From positions 2,923 to 66,922 of the forward strand of contig UQXE01000004.1 in the NCBI GenBank assembly GCA_900544965.1: 64,000 nucleotides of DNA, read 5' to 3'. Source of the stretch: an uncultured Eubacteriales bacterium. GTDB taxonomy: Bacteria; Bacillota; Clostridia; Christensenellales; CAG-138. The notes under the pieces were generated by a model. The model was not told the origin of the DNA. It searched no databases and saw nothing but the letters and a program-made list of their open reading frames with translations. Positions 40,355-51,626 of the stretch are shown piece by piece (position 1 is the stretch's first letter; every line of letters begins with the position of its first letter). Made by a program: the position numbers and the translations under genes.

Positions 40355-40503
40355 ATACAGTATTCCTTTCAAAACATCTGTTATTATCATTATATCATAA
40401 GTGGACAGCCCTAATCATATTTATGTAAGCATGCCATAAGGGTTTCCTTTTTAATATAACTGTTGTACAATATTCCAGTATTCTTTATATTCAGAGGTAA
40501 GTT

Positions 40504-41475
40504 ATGCCAAATAGTTCAGGTAGTTCCAGGCTTTTGTTAGTTCGGTTTATTGCTTTAATTTTTATGCTCAGCTTTATGATGCCGTGGCTTATGGCCTGTG
40601 AGTTCATAACGCAGATTGACGCAGCTCCTGACAGAACCGGGTTTGATGTTTTTGACTCTCCAACTAACGAATTAAGACATACGCCTGCGAATGGCGGCGT
40701 ACTTTCCGCATGGTTTATTGATGTAGGGCAAGGGGATTGCATATTTTTGGAATCGCCGTCCGGCAAGACCATGCTTATTGACAGCGGAGAGAACAAATAC
40801 TATGACGATATAAATGAATTTTTGACCGGCCGGGGCGCAGGGGCTTTAGATGTAGTAATCGCTACCCATCCGCACAGCGACCATATTGGCGGTATGCAAA
40901 ACATAATTCAGAACTACTCTATAGGCGCGTTTTATATGACCGATGCCATACATACCACAGCGACCTTTGAAAGGATGCTGGATGCTCTGGAGGATAATGA
41001 CGTTTCGGTATATCAGGCGGTTGCAGGGGAGGAGTCGTTTATTGAATGGGACTCCGATATAGAGGTGAGAATACTATCCCCATTTGATAATGCAGATTAC
41101 AAAGACCTGAATGACGAAAGCATAATGATCAGGGTAAAATACGGGGATACCTCCATCTTGTTTACCGGAGACGCTGAAATCGGCGCTGAAAACATCGCCA
41201 TGTCCAGATTGCCAGCTTCATTTTTTAAGGCGGATATATTGAAGCTGGGGCACCATGGTTCGTCAACTTCCTCTGGAGAGGCGTTTTTAGATGCCGTATC
41301 GCCCCAAATAGCGGTAGGAATGATGGGGAAGGAAAATAAATACGGCCACCCCCATCAGAAGACCTTAGATCTGCTTGAACGTTTAGAAATCAAGCTCTAC
41401 AGAACCGATCTTGACGGCACGGTATGTATACAGCTTGATGGAAGGGGCATAAATGTATCAACCGGCGACGGATGA
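40504..41475 (+). CDS. Exported MBL-fold metallo-hydrolase (ComEC C-terminal domain-like)
   Basis: N-terminal hydrophobic anchor with a possible lipobox (LMAC). The motifs DVGQGDC, ATHPHSDHIGG and GHHGS are present. There is no ComEC channel domain. Confidence 0.75.
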   Translation: MPNSSGSSRLLLVRFIALIFMLSFMMPWLMACEFITQIDAAPDRTGFDVFDSPTNELRHTPANGGVLSAWFIDVGQGDCIFLESPSGKTMLIDSGENKYYDDINEFLTGRGAGALDVVIATHPHSDHIGGMQNIIQNYSIGAFYMTDAIHTTATFERMLDALEDNDVSVYQAVAGEESFIEWDSDIEVRILSPFDNADYKDLNDESIMIRVKYGDTSILFTGDAEIGAENIAMSRLPASFFKADILKLGHHGSSTSSGEAFLDAVSPQIAVGMMGKENKYGHPHQKTLDLLERLEIKLYRTDLDGTVCIQLDGRGINVSTGDG

Positions 41476-41608
41476 TCCTAAGGCGCCATGCTCCGCTTAA
41501 GTTATAACCAAGAGAGTGGCGTATCAAAACTCATTAGCAGGCGCTTTTATTCTATAGGCTTTATGGCTGGAGCCAAGCTAAGACTTTACTGATATTGGGG
41601 AAATAAAT

Positions 41609-42925
41609 ATGACTGACGGCTTGGATATACTGTTTTCAAATACGGATATAATTACAATGGATGATAAACATCCTACAATTTTTAACGGCTGCGTAGGCGT
41701 TAGCGATGGCAAAATTACATATGTCGGAAGCCACCGGCCGACTGTCCCAGTTAAAAGAATTATAGACTGTAAAGGGCGGATTTTGATGCCGGGCTTGATA
41801 AATACCCACGCGCACACCGCTATGTGCCTTATGAGAGGTTACGCGGACGATTACAAGCTTGACGAATGGCTTTATAATAAGGTGCTGCCGGTTGAGGCAA
41901 GGCTGGACGAAAGGGCTGTTCTGGCCGGATTCAGGCTGGGAGCAGCCGAGATGCTGAGAAACGGAACGACATCTATAAGCGACATGTATTTTTTCCAGCC
42001 CGCGGTAGCGAAGCTGGCATTGGAGCTGGGAATCAGGGTGTCATTAAGCAATGCGGTGGTTGCTATAGACCCAAATGGCTTTGACTATAAAAATGATCGG
42101 AGCATCGTTGAAACCATTGAACTTATGAGATATTGGCATGGCGCGGGAGACGGAAGAATACGCGCGGACGTTTCAATTCATGCCGAATATACCTCATTTC
42201 CGGACGTATGGAGATTCATGCATGAAATCGCTCATGAATATGGATTGATAACTCATCTGCACCTGTCTGAAACGTTATCTGAACATGAGGAGTGCAAAAA
42301 GCGCTATGGAAAAACGCCGGCGCAGGTTTTTTCGGATGAGGGCGTATTTGACTCACCGGTACTGGCGGCCCACTGCGTATATATTGAGCCGGACGACATG
42401 GATTTAATGGCGCAAAAGGGCGTTTCAGTGTCCCACTGTCCTGTGTCAAATTTGAAGCTTGCAAGCGGGCTAGCGGATATAAGAGCCATGATTTTAAATG
42501 GTATCAATGTTTCGCTAGGTACAGACGGATGCTGCTCCAATAACTCACACGACTTATTTGAGGAGATAAAGCTTGCCGCGTTGCTTGCCAAGGGCCTTTC
42601 AAAGGATCCGTCCGCCATTTCAGCTTATCAGGCGCTAAAACTCGCAACGGTAAACGCGGCAGCCGCACAGGGAAGGGCAGGGCAAATAGGATCAATAGCG
42701 GAGGGATATGATGCGGATATAATTTTATTGGATACAGGGCATTTGAATCTCACGCCGATATATGATCCCGTTTCGGCTGTTGTCTACAGCGGCAGAGGAG
42801 CTGATGTTTGCCTTACAATGGTGCAGGGCAGGATTCTATATGAGAACGGAGCGTTTAGCAGCGTTGATATAGAGTTTGCCCGAAACGAGGTGCTTAATTA
42901 TGCGATGAAGATGGTAAATATGTGA
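41609..42925 (+). CDS. mtaD: 5-methylthioadenosine/S-adenosylhomocysteine deaminase (amidohydrolase)
   Basis: PGLINTHAHTAMCLMRGYADD, the HLSE motif and GTDG are present. Confidence 0.8.
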   Translation: MTDGLDILFSNTDIITMDDKHPTIFNGCVGVSDGKITYVGSHRPTVPVKRIIDCKGRILMPGLINTHAHTAMCLMRGYADDYKLDEWLYNKVLPVEARLDERAVLAGFRLGAAEMLRNGTTSISDMYFFQPAVAKLALELGIRVSLSNAVVAIDPNGFDYKNDRSIVETIELMRYWHGAGDGRIRADVSIHAEYTSFPDVWRFMHEIAHEYGLITHLHLSETLSEHEECKKRYGKTPAQVFSDEGVFDSPVLAAHCVYIEPDDMDLMAQKGVSVSHCPVSNLKLASGLADIRAMILNGINVSLGTDGCCSNNSHDLFEEIKLAALLAKGLSKDPSAISAYQALKLATVNAAAAQGRAGQIGSIAEGYDADIILLDTGHLNLTPIYDPVSAVVYSGRGADVCLTMVQGRILYENGAFSSVDIEFARNEVLNYAMKMVNM

Positions 42926-43155
42926 TTTATATTCGATAACTATTTAGTGTTAACGATTATTTATTTTCAGCACAAGGTAAAATTATTGATAATCAGTCAT
43001 ATTTAATTCAATCTATATGAATTAAATAATAAAGAGTTTGGGATTTTTTTGATTATAGATAAACATTTTGTGACGTTTTGTCTTCCGTTCTTGCTTAAAG
43101 TTTATATTGAGGTTATAATTAACCGAATAAATGGAACCTGAAAGGGCAGCTGCTT

Positions 43156-44001
43156 ATGAAAAAATTGCTTGAAAATAAACCCGCTCTCATTGCGATAATA
43201 GCGGTAGTGCTTTTATGTGTCCTTGCGCTGGCTACTTCAGGGGAAAGAACCCTTACCTGGATTGAAAGTACTGCGGGATCCATTTTTCAACCCATCCAAA
43301 CGTTCTCATATAAGGCGTCAGAGGCGGTAGTGGATTTTTTTGAAAATCTTTTCAATACAACGGATGCTGATATTGAGAATCAACAACTGAAGACCCAGCT
43401 GGCTCAACTGCAACAGATTTTATCTGAGTATGAAACTGTCAAAGAGGAGAACGAAAGACTGAAGGAGCTCTTAAACTTTATCGATTCGTATGGGGATTCT
43501 CAGTATGTTACAGCTCAGGTAATAGGAAAAAGTCAGAGCGCTTGGTTTGACACCATGACAATCAATGCGGGACGCAATCATGGAATTGAGGAGGGTATGC
43601 CCGTAGTTAACGCATATGGATTGGTGGGCAAAGTAACGGACGTAGGCGCGACATGGTGTAAAGTAACATCAATAATTGACGGAAGCATGAACGTTAGCGT
43701 TATGGTAGAGCGCACAAGGGATAACGGAATAGTCAAAGGGTCGCTTGCAGTAGGAAGCGACGGATATAATTTGGAGTTGTCATACCTGCCGTCTGGAAGC
43801 GATCTGGTTCCAGGCGATAAAATAGTGACAAGCGGCCTTGGGGGCGGATCGTATCCCAAAGCCGTATCGGTAGGGATTGTTACTGAGGTAATCCGAAGAA
43901 CGGATGATTCGGAGATGCGTAACGCCATCGTTGAACCCTCGGTAGACTTCCTTCATCTTGAGGAAGTTATGGTTCTGATAGAAGCCTCTGAGGAGGAATA
44001 A
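43156..44001 (+). CDS. mreC: Rod shape-determining protein MreC
   Basis: N-terminal TM segment, a coiled coil (ENQQLKTQLAQLQQ) and a C-terminal beta domain with GLVGKV. Confidence 0.9.
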   Translation: MKKLLENKPALIAIIAVVLLCVLALATSGERTLTWIESTAGSIFQPIQTFSYKASEAVVDFFENLFNTTDADIENQQLKTQLAQLQQILSEYETVKEENERLKELLNFIDSYGDSQYVTAQVIGKSQSAWFDTMTINAGRNHGIEEGMPVVNAYGLVGKVTDVGATWCKVTSIIDGSMNVSVMVERTRDNGIVKGSLAVGSDGYNLELSYLPSGSDLVPGDKIVTSGLGGGSYPKAVSVGIVTEVIRRTDDSEMRNAIVEPSVDFLHLEEVMVLIEASEEE

Positions 44002-44004
44002 CCG

Positions 44005-44535
44005 ATGAAAAGATATGCCTTAGTAATAGCTGTAAGCACAATTGTGTGTTCATACTTAAACGCAGCCTTTTTTACCAATGTAAATATATTTGGCATACGC
44101 CCAGACGCCATATTGGCGCTAATAGTTTCAATAGGGGTATTGTTGGGCAGTCTGCCGGCCTCCATTATAGGTCTTGGAGTTGGACTTATGATGGATGTGT
44201 TCTTTAACAAGATAGTTGGCCTTAGCGCTATTGCTTATATCGTTGCGGGTATTGCGGGAGGAATATTCTACAAAAAGTTTTATGCTGATAATGTTATAAT
44301 ACCTGCCGCTACAGCGGTTGTCAGTACATTTTTCAAAGAACATATTTTATGCTTAGCCGCCTTGCTTGCAGGCGCTAGATTTAATTATGGATTGATGCTT
44401 GTAGCCTATATACTCCCGTGCTGTCTGCTTACAGGAGGAATATGTATACCAATACATATGGTAATGAAGAGTATGCTGGTTGGCAAGCATAAATCGATAG
44501 TTTCCCAAGTTAAAGAACGCAGAGGTGTTAGATAA
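44005..44535 (+). CDS. mreD: Rod shape-determining protein MreD
   Basis: 176 aa, polytopic, directly after mreC. Confidence 0.8.
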   Translation: MKRYALVIAVSTIVCSYLNAAFFTNVNIFGIRPDAILALIVSIGVLLGSLPASIIGLGVGLMMDVFFNKIVGLSAIAYIVAGIAGGIFYKKFYADNVIIPAATAVVSTFFKEHILCLAALLAGARFNYGLMLVAYILPCCLLTGGICIPIHMVMKSMLVGKHKSIVSQVKERRGVR

Positions 44536-47052
44536 ATGAAAAGACAGTTGATTCCACGATTTTTGATAATTGCGTTAGTTATGCTTGCAATGATGGGAGC
44601 TCTAATATTCCAGCTTGGAGTGCTTACCCTCGGAGAAGGGGAAAGCTTGGCGCAGCAGGCGTCCGAGGAGAGCACCGCCAGCATTGCCGTAAAGGGGACA
44701 AGAGGCAGCATAATGGACAGAAACGGAATAGTGCTGGCGTATAGCGAAAATTGCTATAATGTAGAATTTCTCCGCGACGGTAACAAACGCACCGATTATG
44801 ACAGCGCAATTTACACCGAAGCCCTTATTAAAGCAATAGATATAATAGAAAAGGGCGGGGGAACCATAATAAATACCTCCTATATACAGGAGGATGAGAA
44901 TGGAAGCCTGTATTATGATTGGGGCGTGACAAGCGAGGCTGCGATAAGGGCGCGCTATAAAAATTTTTGTGACGCAATGGGTTTTAGAATAGCCGATGAA
45001 GACGATATGGGTACATGGAAAAAGGCTCAAGACGCTTATCTGGATCTGCGTTCGGCATGGTATATACCGGAAGAAATGCCGTTTGAGGACGCGGTGAAGA
45101 TCATATCGATACGTCAGGAAGTCAACCTTAACAACTACAAGGCATACGAACCAATAACAATAGCTTACGACGTAAGCATGGAGGTTGTAGCCGAAATTGA
45201 AACGATGAAGGATGAATTGCCAGGCCTTCAGACCGCTCAGAGTACTACCAGAATATATCCATATGGGGAAACAGCATCCCATATAGTTGGATACATGCAG
45301 CGTACCGTTACCGAAGAAATGCTGGAAAAGGGCTATACGTACAGCGATTATATAGGAGTGGCCGGAGTGGAGCGTACAATGGAAGAGTTCCTGACAGCCG
45401 CTACTACAGAGCATCAGGGCAGCAAAACGCTGGAAGTAAATAAAAATAAAGCTATAATCAGGGAGCTGTCATCAACGCCCGCTACGGACGGCGACGACGT
45501 AATGCTGACGATAGACCTGCCGTTCCAGCGGGTTGCAGAACAGGCGCTTGATGATCTCATTAAAGAGTTGGCCGAGTATGAGCGGGGGCTTATTGAGACG
45601 AACGAAGACGATAAATATTCAAGCTATGACGATATAAAGACTGCGGAAACAGGTGCCATAGTGGTTTTGGACGTTAATTCGGGAGAGGTGCTGGCTTTGG
45701 CCTCAAACCCCAGATTCGATCCCAACTGGTTTATTAAGGGCTTGACTAACGAACAGAACGAGTACCTGTTTGGGGAGTCCTCGGAAAACACTACTCCGCT
45801 TAGAAATAAAGCCGTGTCCGCCAAGCTGGCTCCAGGCTCAATCTTTAAGATGGTCACGGGCTTGGCGGGGCTTATGGAAGGCGAGCTAAGCCTTACTGAA
45901 ACGATAAGCGATATGGGCAAATACATCCTATACGATGAAAATGGAGAACCCATAGAGCGCAACGCGCCTAGCTGCCATACGGACTATCCTTCAACCCATG
46001 CAGACCAGGATTTGGTTAAGGCGCTCACGAATTCCTGCAACTATTATTTCTTTGAGGTAGCTAACCGCCTTGGAATTGAACGGCTTAACAGGTGGGCTGA
46101 AAGGCTGGGGCTTACATCATTAACCGGGGTAGAGCTTACCGGCGAGACCACCGGCATAGTCGGAGGTCAGGATGTTCTATTCGACAATTCATTAATAAGA
46201 GCTGATGGCGAAGCCATGACGCTTGGCGATCAAAAGACGAGCCTGCCAAGCTATGTATATCGTGTTCTAAAGGATCGTTTGTACGGATATTTAGCCTTGA
46301 GCGGCAAAGCGGCGGACGATGAGGATGTAACGAGGTGCGCCCTGCTGTTGATGCAGCTTCAGGATGGCAAACTGGAAGGCAAGGGAGCGGATGCAAGGCG
46401 GATCATAGCCGAGACCATAGGCATACCAGAGGGTATAACAAGGGTTCAGCCATGGATAGAGGAGATAATGTCAATTCTCAACGAAATCCAGTGGAAGGCT
46501 ACCCAGACCATACGTGCCGGTATCGGGCAGGGCGTTTCACTTGTAACGCCGGTTGCCGTAGCCCGCTATGTGGCCGCGATTGCAAATGGAGGTACGGTTT
46601 ACGACGTACATATTGTCGATAAGGTCATTGACAGCAGCGGAGTCATTGTAAACGAAATTGAGCCCAGCGTTTATGATAAGATCGACGCCCCAAGCGACTA
46701 TTGGAATGCAATACGCGAGGGATTGAAGGGCGTCGTGTCGCCCGAGGACGGGGGCACGGCAAGCAAAAAATTCAGCCAGGAGTTTCAGGATAAGGGTTAT
46801 TTGGCCAGAATAAGCGGAAAAACCGGAACAGCGCAGGTAGGAAACGATACCATTGATATTGAAAACACCTCTTGGTTTGTAACATACGCGCCAAGGGATA
46901 ACGCGGATATCGCTATAGTCGTCTGTGTCCCATCCGGTTATTCCGGAAGCTCCAGCGCACCTGCCATTGAGGATATAATAACATATTATTTCGATAAGAT
47001 GGCGGCGGCGGCGCCTGAAAACCTGCCGGAACTCAACTCACCCCTGCCATGA
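44536..47052 (+). CDS. mrdA: Penicillin-binding protein 2 (class B transpeptidase)
   Basis: N-terminal TM segment, RG.I.DRNG, the SxxK context PGSIFK, and KTGTAQ. The gene is coupled to mreD. Confidence 0.85.
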   Translation: MKRQLIPRFLIIALVMLAMMGALIFQLGVLTLGEGESLAQQASEESTASIAVKGTRGSIMDRNGIVLAYSENCYNVEFLRDGNKRTDYDSAIYTEALIKAIDIIEKGGGTIINTSYIQEDENGSLYYDWGVTSEAAIRARYKNFCDAMGFRIADEDDMGTWKKAQDAYLDLRSAWYIPEEMPFEDAVKIISIRQEVNLNNYKAYEPITIAYDVSMEVVAEIETMKDELPGLQTAQSTTRIYPYGETASHIVGYMQRTVTEEMLEKGYTYSDYIGVAGVERTMEEFLTAATTEHQGSKTLEVNKNKAIIRELSSTPATDGDDVMLTIDLPFQRVAEQALDDLIKELAEYERGLIETNEDDKYSSYDDIKTAETGAIVVLDVNSGEVLALASNPRFDPNWFIKGLTNEQNEYLFGESSENTTPLRNKAVSAKLAPGSIFKMVTGLAGLMEGELSLTETISDMGKYILYDENGEPIERNAPSCHTDYPSTHADQDLVKALTNSCNYYFFEVANRLGIERLNRWAERLGLTSLTGVELTGETTGIVGGQDVLFDNSLIRADGEAMTLGDQKTSLPSYVYRVLKDRLYGYLALSGKAADDEDVTRCALLLMQLQDGKLEGKGADARRIIAETIGIPEGITRVQPWIEEIMSILNEIQWKATQTIRAGIGQGVSLVTPVAVARYVAAIANGGTVYDVHIVDKVIDSSGVIVNEIEPSVYDKIDAPSDYWNAIREGLKGVVSPEDGGTASKKFSQEFQDKGYLARISGKTGTAQVGNDTIDIENTSWFVTYAPRDNADIAIVVCVPSGYSGSSSAPAIEDIITYYFDKMAAAAPENLPELNSPLP

Positions 47053-47080
47053 CCGAGCTAGATAAACAGCGTATAAAAAC

Positions 47081-47111
47081 AAGCAGGAGCCGGATTATCG
47101 GGCTCCTGCTT
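47081..47111. terminator. Bidirectional terminator between PBP2 and rpoD
   Basis: aagcaggagcc pairs with ggctcctgctt, with A and T runs on either side. Confidence 0.8.
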
Positions 47112-47139
47112 TTAAGCCGCTATGCTCTTTGCGTGGGGT

Positions 47140-48219
47140 TTACTCAAGAAAATCCCGAAGCTTTTTACTGCGGCTTGGCTGGCGAAGCTTTCTAAGCGCT
47201 TTGGCCTCAATCTGCCGTATTCGTTCACGCGTAACCTTAAACACGCGGCCAACCTCCTCAAGCGTCCTTGTTTTTCCATCGTCAAGGCCGAATCTCAGTC
47301 TAATAACCATTTCTTCACGAGGAGTAAGCGTATCCAGCACTTCCATGAGCTGCTCACGAAGCAGGGTAAACGAAGCTACGGTTGCCGGTTCCGGCGCGTC
47401 TTCATCGGGGATGAAATCTCCCAGATGGCTGTCCTCTTCCTCGCCGATTGGCGTTTCCAGAGACACCGGTTCCTGTGCAATCTTCTTTATTTCACGGACT
47501 TTTTCAACGGTAATGTCCATCTCTTTGGCAATCTCCTCAGGCCGAGGTTCCCTTCCAAGCTCCTGTATCAACTGCCGTTGGCAACGTATGAGCTTGTTTA
47601 TGGTTTCTACCATATGAACGGGTATTCGTATGGTACGCGCCTGGTCCGCAATGGCGCGTGTAATAGCCTGTCGTATCCACCACGTGGCATATGTTGAAAA
47701 CTTGTAGCCCTTTCGATAATCAAATTTTTCTACGGCCTTTATCAATCCAAGATTGCCTTCTTGAATAAGATCTAAAAACAACAGGCCTTTACCAACGTAT
47801 TTTTTGGCTACGCTTACCACAAGCCGCAAGTTCGCGTCAATGAGCTCTTTACGGGCTTCCTCATCCCCATCGGCCATGCGTTTAGCTATCGAAATCTCCT
47901 CAGCTGCGGTTAATAGCGGAACTTTTCCTATTTCCTTGAGGTACATCCGCACCGGATCATCTATGCTTATTCCTTCCGCCGCTACGATTTCAGTTTCAAT
48001 TTCCGCAATGTCCTCAACGATCTCCTCAGCGGCGTTGGTTTCTTCCACAACGTCAATATTGGCCGCTTCGAATCGGTCGTATATGCGTTCTATCTGTTCA
48101 GGGTCAAGTTCGAGTTCTTCGAGGGTGTCCATAACCTCCTTATAGGTTAAAACACCCTTTGCTTTACCCTTCTCAATAAGCTCATCAACCCTCGTGGCAC
48201 GGCTGCCAATATTTTCCAT
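47140..48219 (-). CDS. rpoD: RNA polymerase primary sigma factor
   Basis: 359 aa with regions 2-4 conserved ([20 protein letters not shown]). Confidence 0.95.
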   Translation of the reverse strand: MENIGSRATRVDELIEKGKAKGVLTYKEVMDTLEELELDPEQIERIYDRFEAANIDVVEETNAAEEIVEDIAEIETEIVAAEGISIDDPVRMYLKEIGKVPLLTAAEEISIAKRMADGDEEARKELIDANLRLVVSVAKKYVGKGLLFLDLIQEGNLGLIKAVEKFDYRKGYKFSTYATWWIRQAITRAIADQARTIRIPVHMVETINKLIRCQRQLIQELGREPRPEEIAKEMDITVEKVREIKKIAQEPVSLETPIGEEEDSHLGDFIPDEDAPEPATVASFTLLREQLMEVLDTLTPREEMVIRLRFGLDDGKTRTLEEVGRVFKVTRERIRQIEAKALRKLRQPSRSKKLRDFLE

Positions 48220-48233
48220 AGCTCCGCTCCTTT

Positions 48234-50015
48234 TTACGGTTTTTTTATATCGTTTATATATCTAAAAAGCTCTTGAAGCTTTGTCTTAAGTTCCGCCCGG
48301 CCTTCCGGATCCTTTTGTGCTTTCAGGGCCTGCGCCGTTTCATAAGCTTTGCTTTCCAGTTCCCTTAGCGCCAGCCTTTTCAGGCATTGCATCCCTGTTA
48401 TCAAGGGATCGGATATAGCGGAGCGTTCCTCATAGGCCATAATAACAAGTTCGGCGTCCGCAGCGTCCATGGATGATATAAGTTTTTTAACATCCGGTTC
48501 GCAGGATATAGAATATGCCTCCCCAAGCATATGGGTACACTTCGCGTATGAGCCGCTGTCAAATATATTGAACTTACTATAAAAAGGATTGCGCTGAATT
48601 CCATAAAACGCATCCTTGCCTGCCAGCATGCATGCGAGCAGCGTTTTTTCAGTCCTTTCGTGCTCAGTTAGTTCCTTCGCGACTTTTTCATCTCTATTAT
48701 TCCGTTTTCTGCCAGGGTTATTCTTTTTAGGGTTTTCATGCAGGTTGCATTGGGCTTTCAGGCTTTCCATAGGTATTCCTGTTGAAGATTCTAAACGCTT
48801 TATGTGTTTTTCCTGATCTACAGGTTCCAGTTTGCCTATAAAGCTGCAAGCGGCTTTAGCGTAAGCGATACGGCCATCTTCAGTGGTTAAATCAAACGCT
48901 GAAGCCATGTGGCTCAGTTTAAAGGTATTCAGATCCCCAGCGCTCTCCTTTAGCCGCAAAAAAGCCTCCATACCGTTAGTCCTTACATAATCATCCGGAT
49001 CCATACCTCCAGGCAATTCTATCACACGCACTTCCAACCCCTCTGCCGCCAGAATTTCCATCCCGCGCAATGCTGCGTTCTGTCCAGCGGCGTCTCCGTC
49101 ATATGCTATATACACTTTTGATACATACCGCTTTAAAAGCTTAGCCTGATGCTCCGTTAAGGCAGTACCAAGAGAAGCTACCGCATTATGGATGCCGCAC
49201 TGGTGCAGGCTTATAACATCAAGATACCCCTCAACCATAATGATGTCGGAAAAACTGCTTCCCTTAATGAAGTTCAGTGCGTATAGGTTTTGGCGCTTCT
49301 TATATATAGGAGTATCCCCTGTATTAATGTATTTGGGTGTGTCCTGAGGATTCATCGTTCTGGCGCCAAACGCTACTACACGTCCATTAGCGGCTATTAT
49401 CGGAAAAATTATACGCCCTCTATACGCGTCGTAGTAGTTTCCTCCTTTGGCAATTATAAGCCCCGCGTCAAGAAGTTCCTTATCGGTGAATCCTTTAGCG
49501 TTCAAGTAATTCTTTATGTTGTTCCAGCCCTTTGGGGCATAGCCAATTCCAAATCGTCTCACCGTTTTGGCGTTTATTCCGCGGTCTGATACGTATATTC
49601 TTGCCTCTGCACCCAAATTCCCTATCAAAGAATCATGATAAAAAAGCGCGGCTTCCTTACAGACAGAATACAGTCGCTCCCTATATGCTCTGTCGCGCTT
49701 TAACTTTTCATCATTGATTTCGTTTGGCAGATCCATACCACAGCGCCTGGCGAGGAATTCAACTGCTTCAGAATAGGAAAGCTTTTCGATCTCCATGACA
49801 AATTGTATTATCCCGCCTCCAGAGTGGCATCCAAAGCAATAATATAGCTGCTTGTCCGGAGAAACTGAAAAGGAAGCCGTCTTCTCACCGTGAAACGGAC
49901 ACAATCCCCACATTCGTCCACCCTTGGGCGAAAGATATACATACTCCGAGACGAGCTGAACAATATCACTTTTAGCGAGCAACTCGCTCATCCACGTCTC
50001 CGGAAATATTGGCAT
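48234..50015 (-). CDS. dnaG: DNA primase
   Basis: Zn finger [29 protein letters not shown], a TOPRIM region, and a position upstream of rpoD. Confidence 0.95.
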   Translation of the reverse strand: MPIFPETWMSELLAKSDIVQLVSEYVYLSPKGGRMWGLCPFHGEKTASFSVSPDKQLYYCFGCHSGGGIIQFVMEIEKLSYSEAVEFLARRCGMDLPNEINDEKLKRDRAYRERLYSVCKEAALFYHDSLIGNLGAEARIYVSDRGINAKTVRRFGIGYAPKGWNNIKNYLNAKGFTDKELLDAGLIIAKGGNYYDAYRGRIIFPIIAANGRVVAFGARTMNPQDTPKYINTGDTPIYKKRQNLYALNFIKGSSFSDIIMVEGYLDVISLHQCGIHNAVASLGTALTEHQAKLLKRYVSKVYIAYDGDAAGQNAALRGMEILAAEGLEVRVIELPGGMDPDDYVRTNGMEAFLRLKESAGDLNTFKLSHMASAFDLTTEDGRIAYAKAACSFIGKLEPVDQEKHIKRLESSTGIPMESLKAQCNLHENPKKNNPGRKRNNRDEKVAKELTEHERTEKTLLACMLAGKDAFYGIQRNPFYSKFNIFDSGSYAKCTHMLGEAYSISCEPDVKKLISSMDAADAELVIMAYEERSAISDPLITGMQCLKRLALRELESKAYETAQALKAQKDPEGRAELKTKLQELFRYINDIKKP

Positions 50016-50318
50016 ATGGACATCCCCTTCCGGAGTGTTTTATTCGGCATGATAAGTAAATATCCTGCTTTTTATTTAAACATCGATATATAGTCAGCAT
50101 ATATTGCAAATAATAAACGGATTAAGCCTTTTTAGCTAAGAAATGACCGCTCGGAGAGGGACTACCGGGCGGCTTAGTGGATAGGCTATTTAGATGTGTT
50201 CTACAAATTAAGTATAACACCTGATATGGCAGATTTCTATGCTTTATTAAAAATAATTTGTATCTTTTTTCATAGTTTGTAATGCATTACGTAATTAACA
50301 TACCAGAGAATAAGAATG

Positions 50319-50342
50319 TTTGGGGCTTGGCAAAGCCCCAAA
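50319..50342 (-). terminator. Hairpin downstream of the DUF11 gene
   Basis: tttggggctt pairs with aagccccaaa around a 4-nt loop. The downstream U-tract is weak. Confidence 0.5.
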
Positions 50343-50372
50343 CCATGTAACCGTATCTGATTGTATATAAAA

Positions 50373-51240
50373 TCAGATCATCCCTGTTACAACTATCGTT
50401 ACAATACCTGGCTCAACACTTACAGCTCCCGTAACAGGATCTTGAATAAACGTGGCGGCGGGAATGACAAACGTGCGTTCTGAACCGTTGCTTGGCAGGG
50501 TAAAGGTGCCGTTGATATAGCTGTAATCGCTGGAAGGTATGGTTTGGCCATCGATTGTAACCGAAATTCCTTCGGGCGCCGGATTAAATGTATCCGTGAG
50601 GACCACATTTGTTGCAGGTATATTACCATAATTGTATATCTGGAAGATATATGTTATTTGACTTCCTCCCGTTATCGGGTCGGGAGACATGGCCTTAAAT
50701 ATGCGAACGTCCGCATAGTTTTCAACTGTTATCATGTTAGTTGCCGTTACCGCCTCAGAAAGGCCGTCGGCAGTCCAGACAACGCGGTTTGTAACATAAG
50801 ACCCATTAATTATAGGCGCAGCCTCGTTCACTATTGCCCTGTATACGAGCATCGCGTTTGAGTTGGCCGGCAATACGGGGATGGTGAATGTTATCCTGTT
50901 TGAGCCGATATTTGGTGTCAGTTCCATTACGAACATTCCATCTATATACAGCTGAGCAGGTCCTACATAGGTAAGAGGCGTAACGGATTGAACATTTGGC
51001 GCCGTATAGGTGCCAAGGTTATCCTCCACGTTGATATCAGTCAAGGCGGTGTTGGCGATGTTGCGCATTGTTAAGATATAAGTCACGGTATCACCTGGAC
51101 GGTAGCTGCTTCCAAGGGACGTTTTATCCGCCGAGAGCGGACCTTCCAAAGTGGCTGTAGCTATATTTGAAACGGCAGTCCCGCTTTGGCTGCCATAGTC
51201 AAAGGTTAGTGAGGCTTGATTGGTAATTTGTGTTGCCATG
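50373..51240 (-). CDS. DUF11 / conserved-repeat-domain protein (two tandem domains), no signal peptide
   Basis: The start was moved to MATQITNQASLTF, which follows the RBS aaaggag. Two TIGR01451-like motifs are present: TYILTMRNIANTALTDINVEDNL and TYIFQIYNYGNIPATNVVLTDTF. Confidence 0.65.
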
Positions 51241-51536
51241 ATAAAGCTCCTTTCATAATGCTTAGGGAAAGGGCGAAAGAGCATATGTGCCAGTTTCCCA
51301 TACATCCTATGATGAATAATATGCGGCGGCTACAAATTTGGTCAATTTATCGGGCGATTTTTCTGAAACAAATAGGGTTGTATGCGCCATTAACGGCATT
51401 TTATGCAGAAAACCATATTGAGGGGATTTATAAAGATGTTTTACCTTGTAGTGCGGTTATAATATGTAATACTGTTATTTCGCCAAAACTACTGAGCGTT
51501 TTACAGCTTATTAGGTTTGTGATTATATCCGCATAC

Positions 51537-51565
51537 TTGCCTTACAATCTTATTAGCCTTATAAT
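51537..51565 (+). promoter_or_regulatory. Predicted sigma-A promoter of the topoisomerase operon
   Basis: TTGCCT, a 17-nt spacer and TATAAT, about 60 nt upstream of the start codon. Confidence 0.5.
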
Positions 51566-51626
51566 GTCTTAGTTGGATAAAAAGGGATATATCTATAGTT
51601 GCAAACCATAATTGGCAAGGAGAAAC

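Noticed and set aside
44602-45414. 270-aa ORF antisense to PBP2. Similar long antisense ORFs lie at 54124-54747, 23836-24378, 47122-47697, 14644-15105, 31207-31695, 29347-29775, 61411-61857 and 19997-20494.
   Set aside because: Each lies entirely inside a well-supported gene on the opposite strand. Their composition is low-complexity or Arg/Ser/Pro-rich, and they have no RBS. These are typical shadow ORFs.
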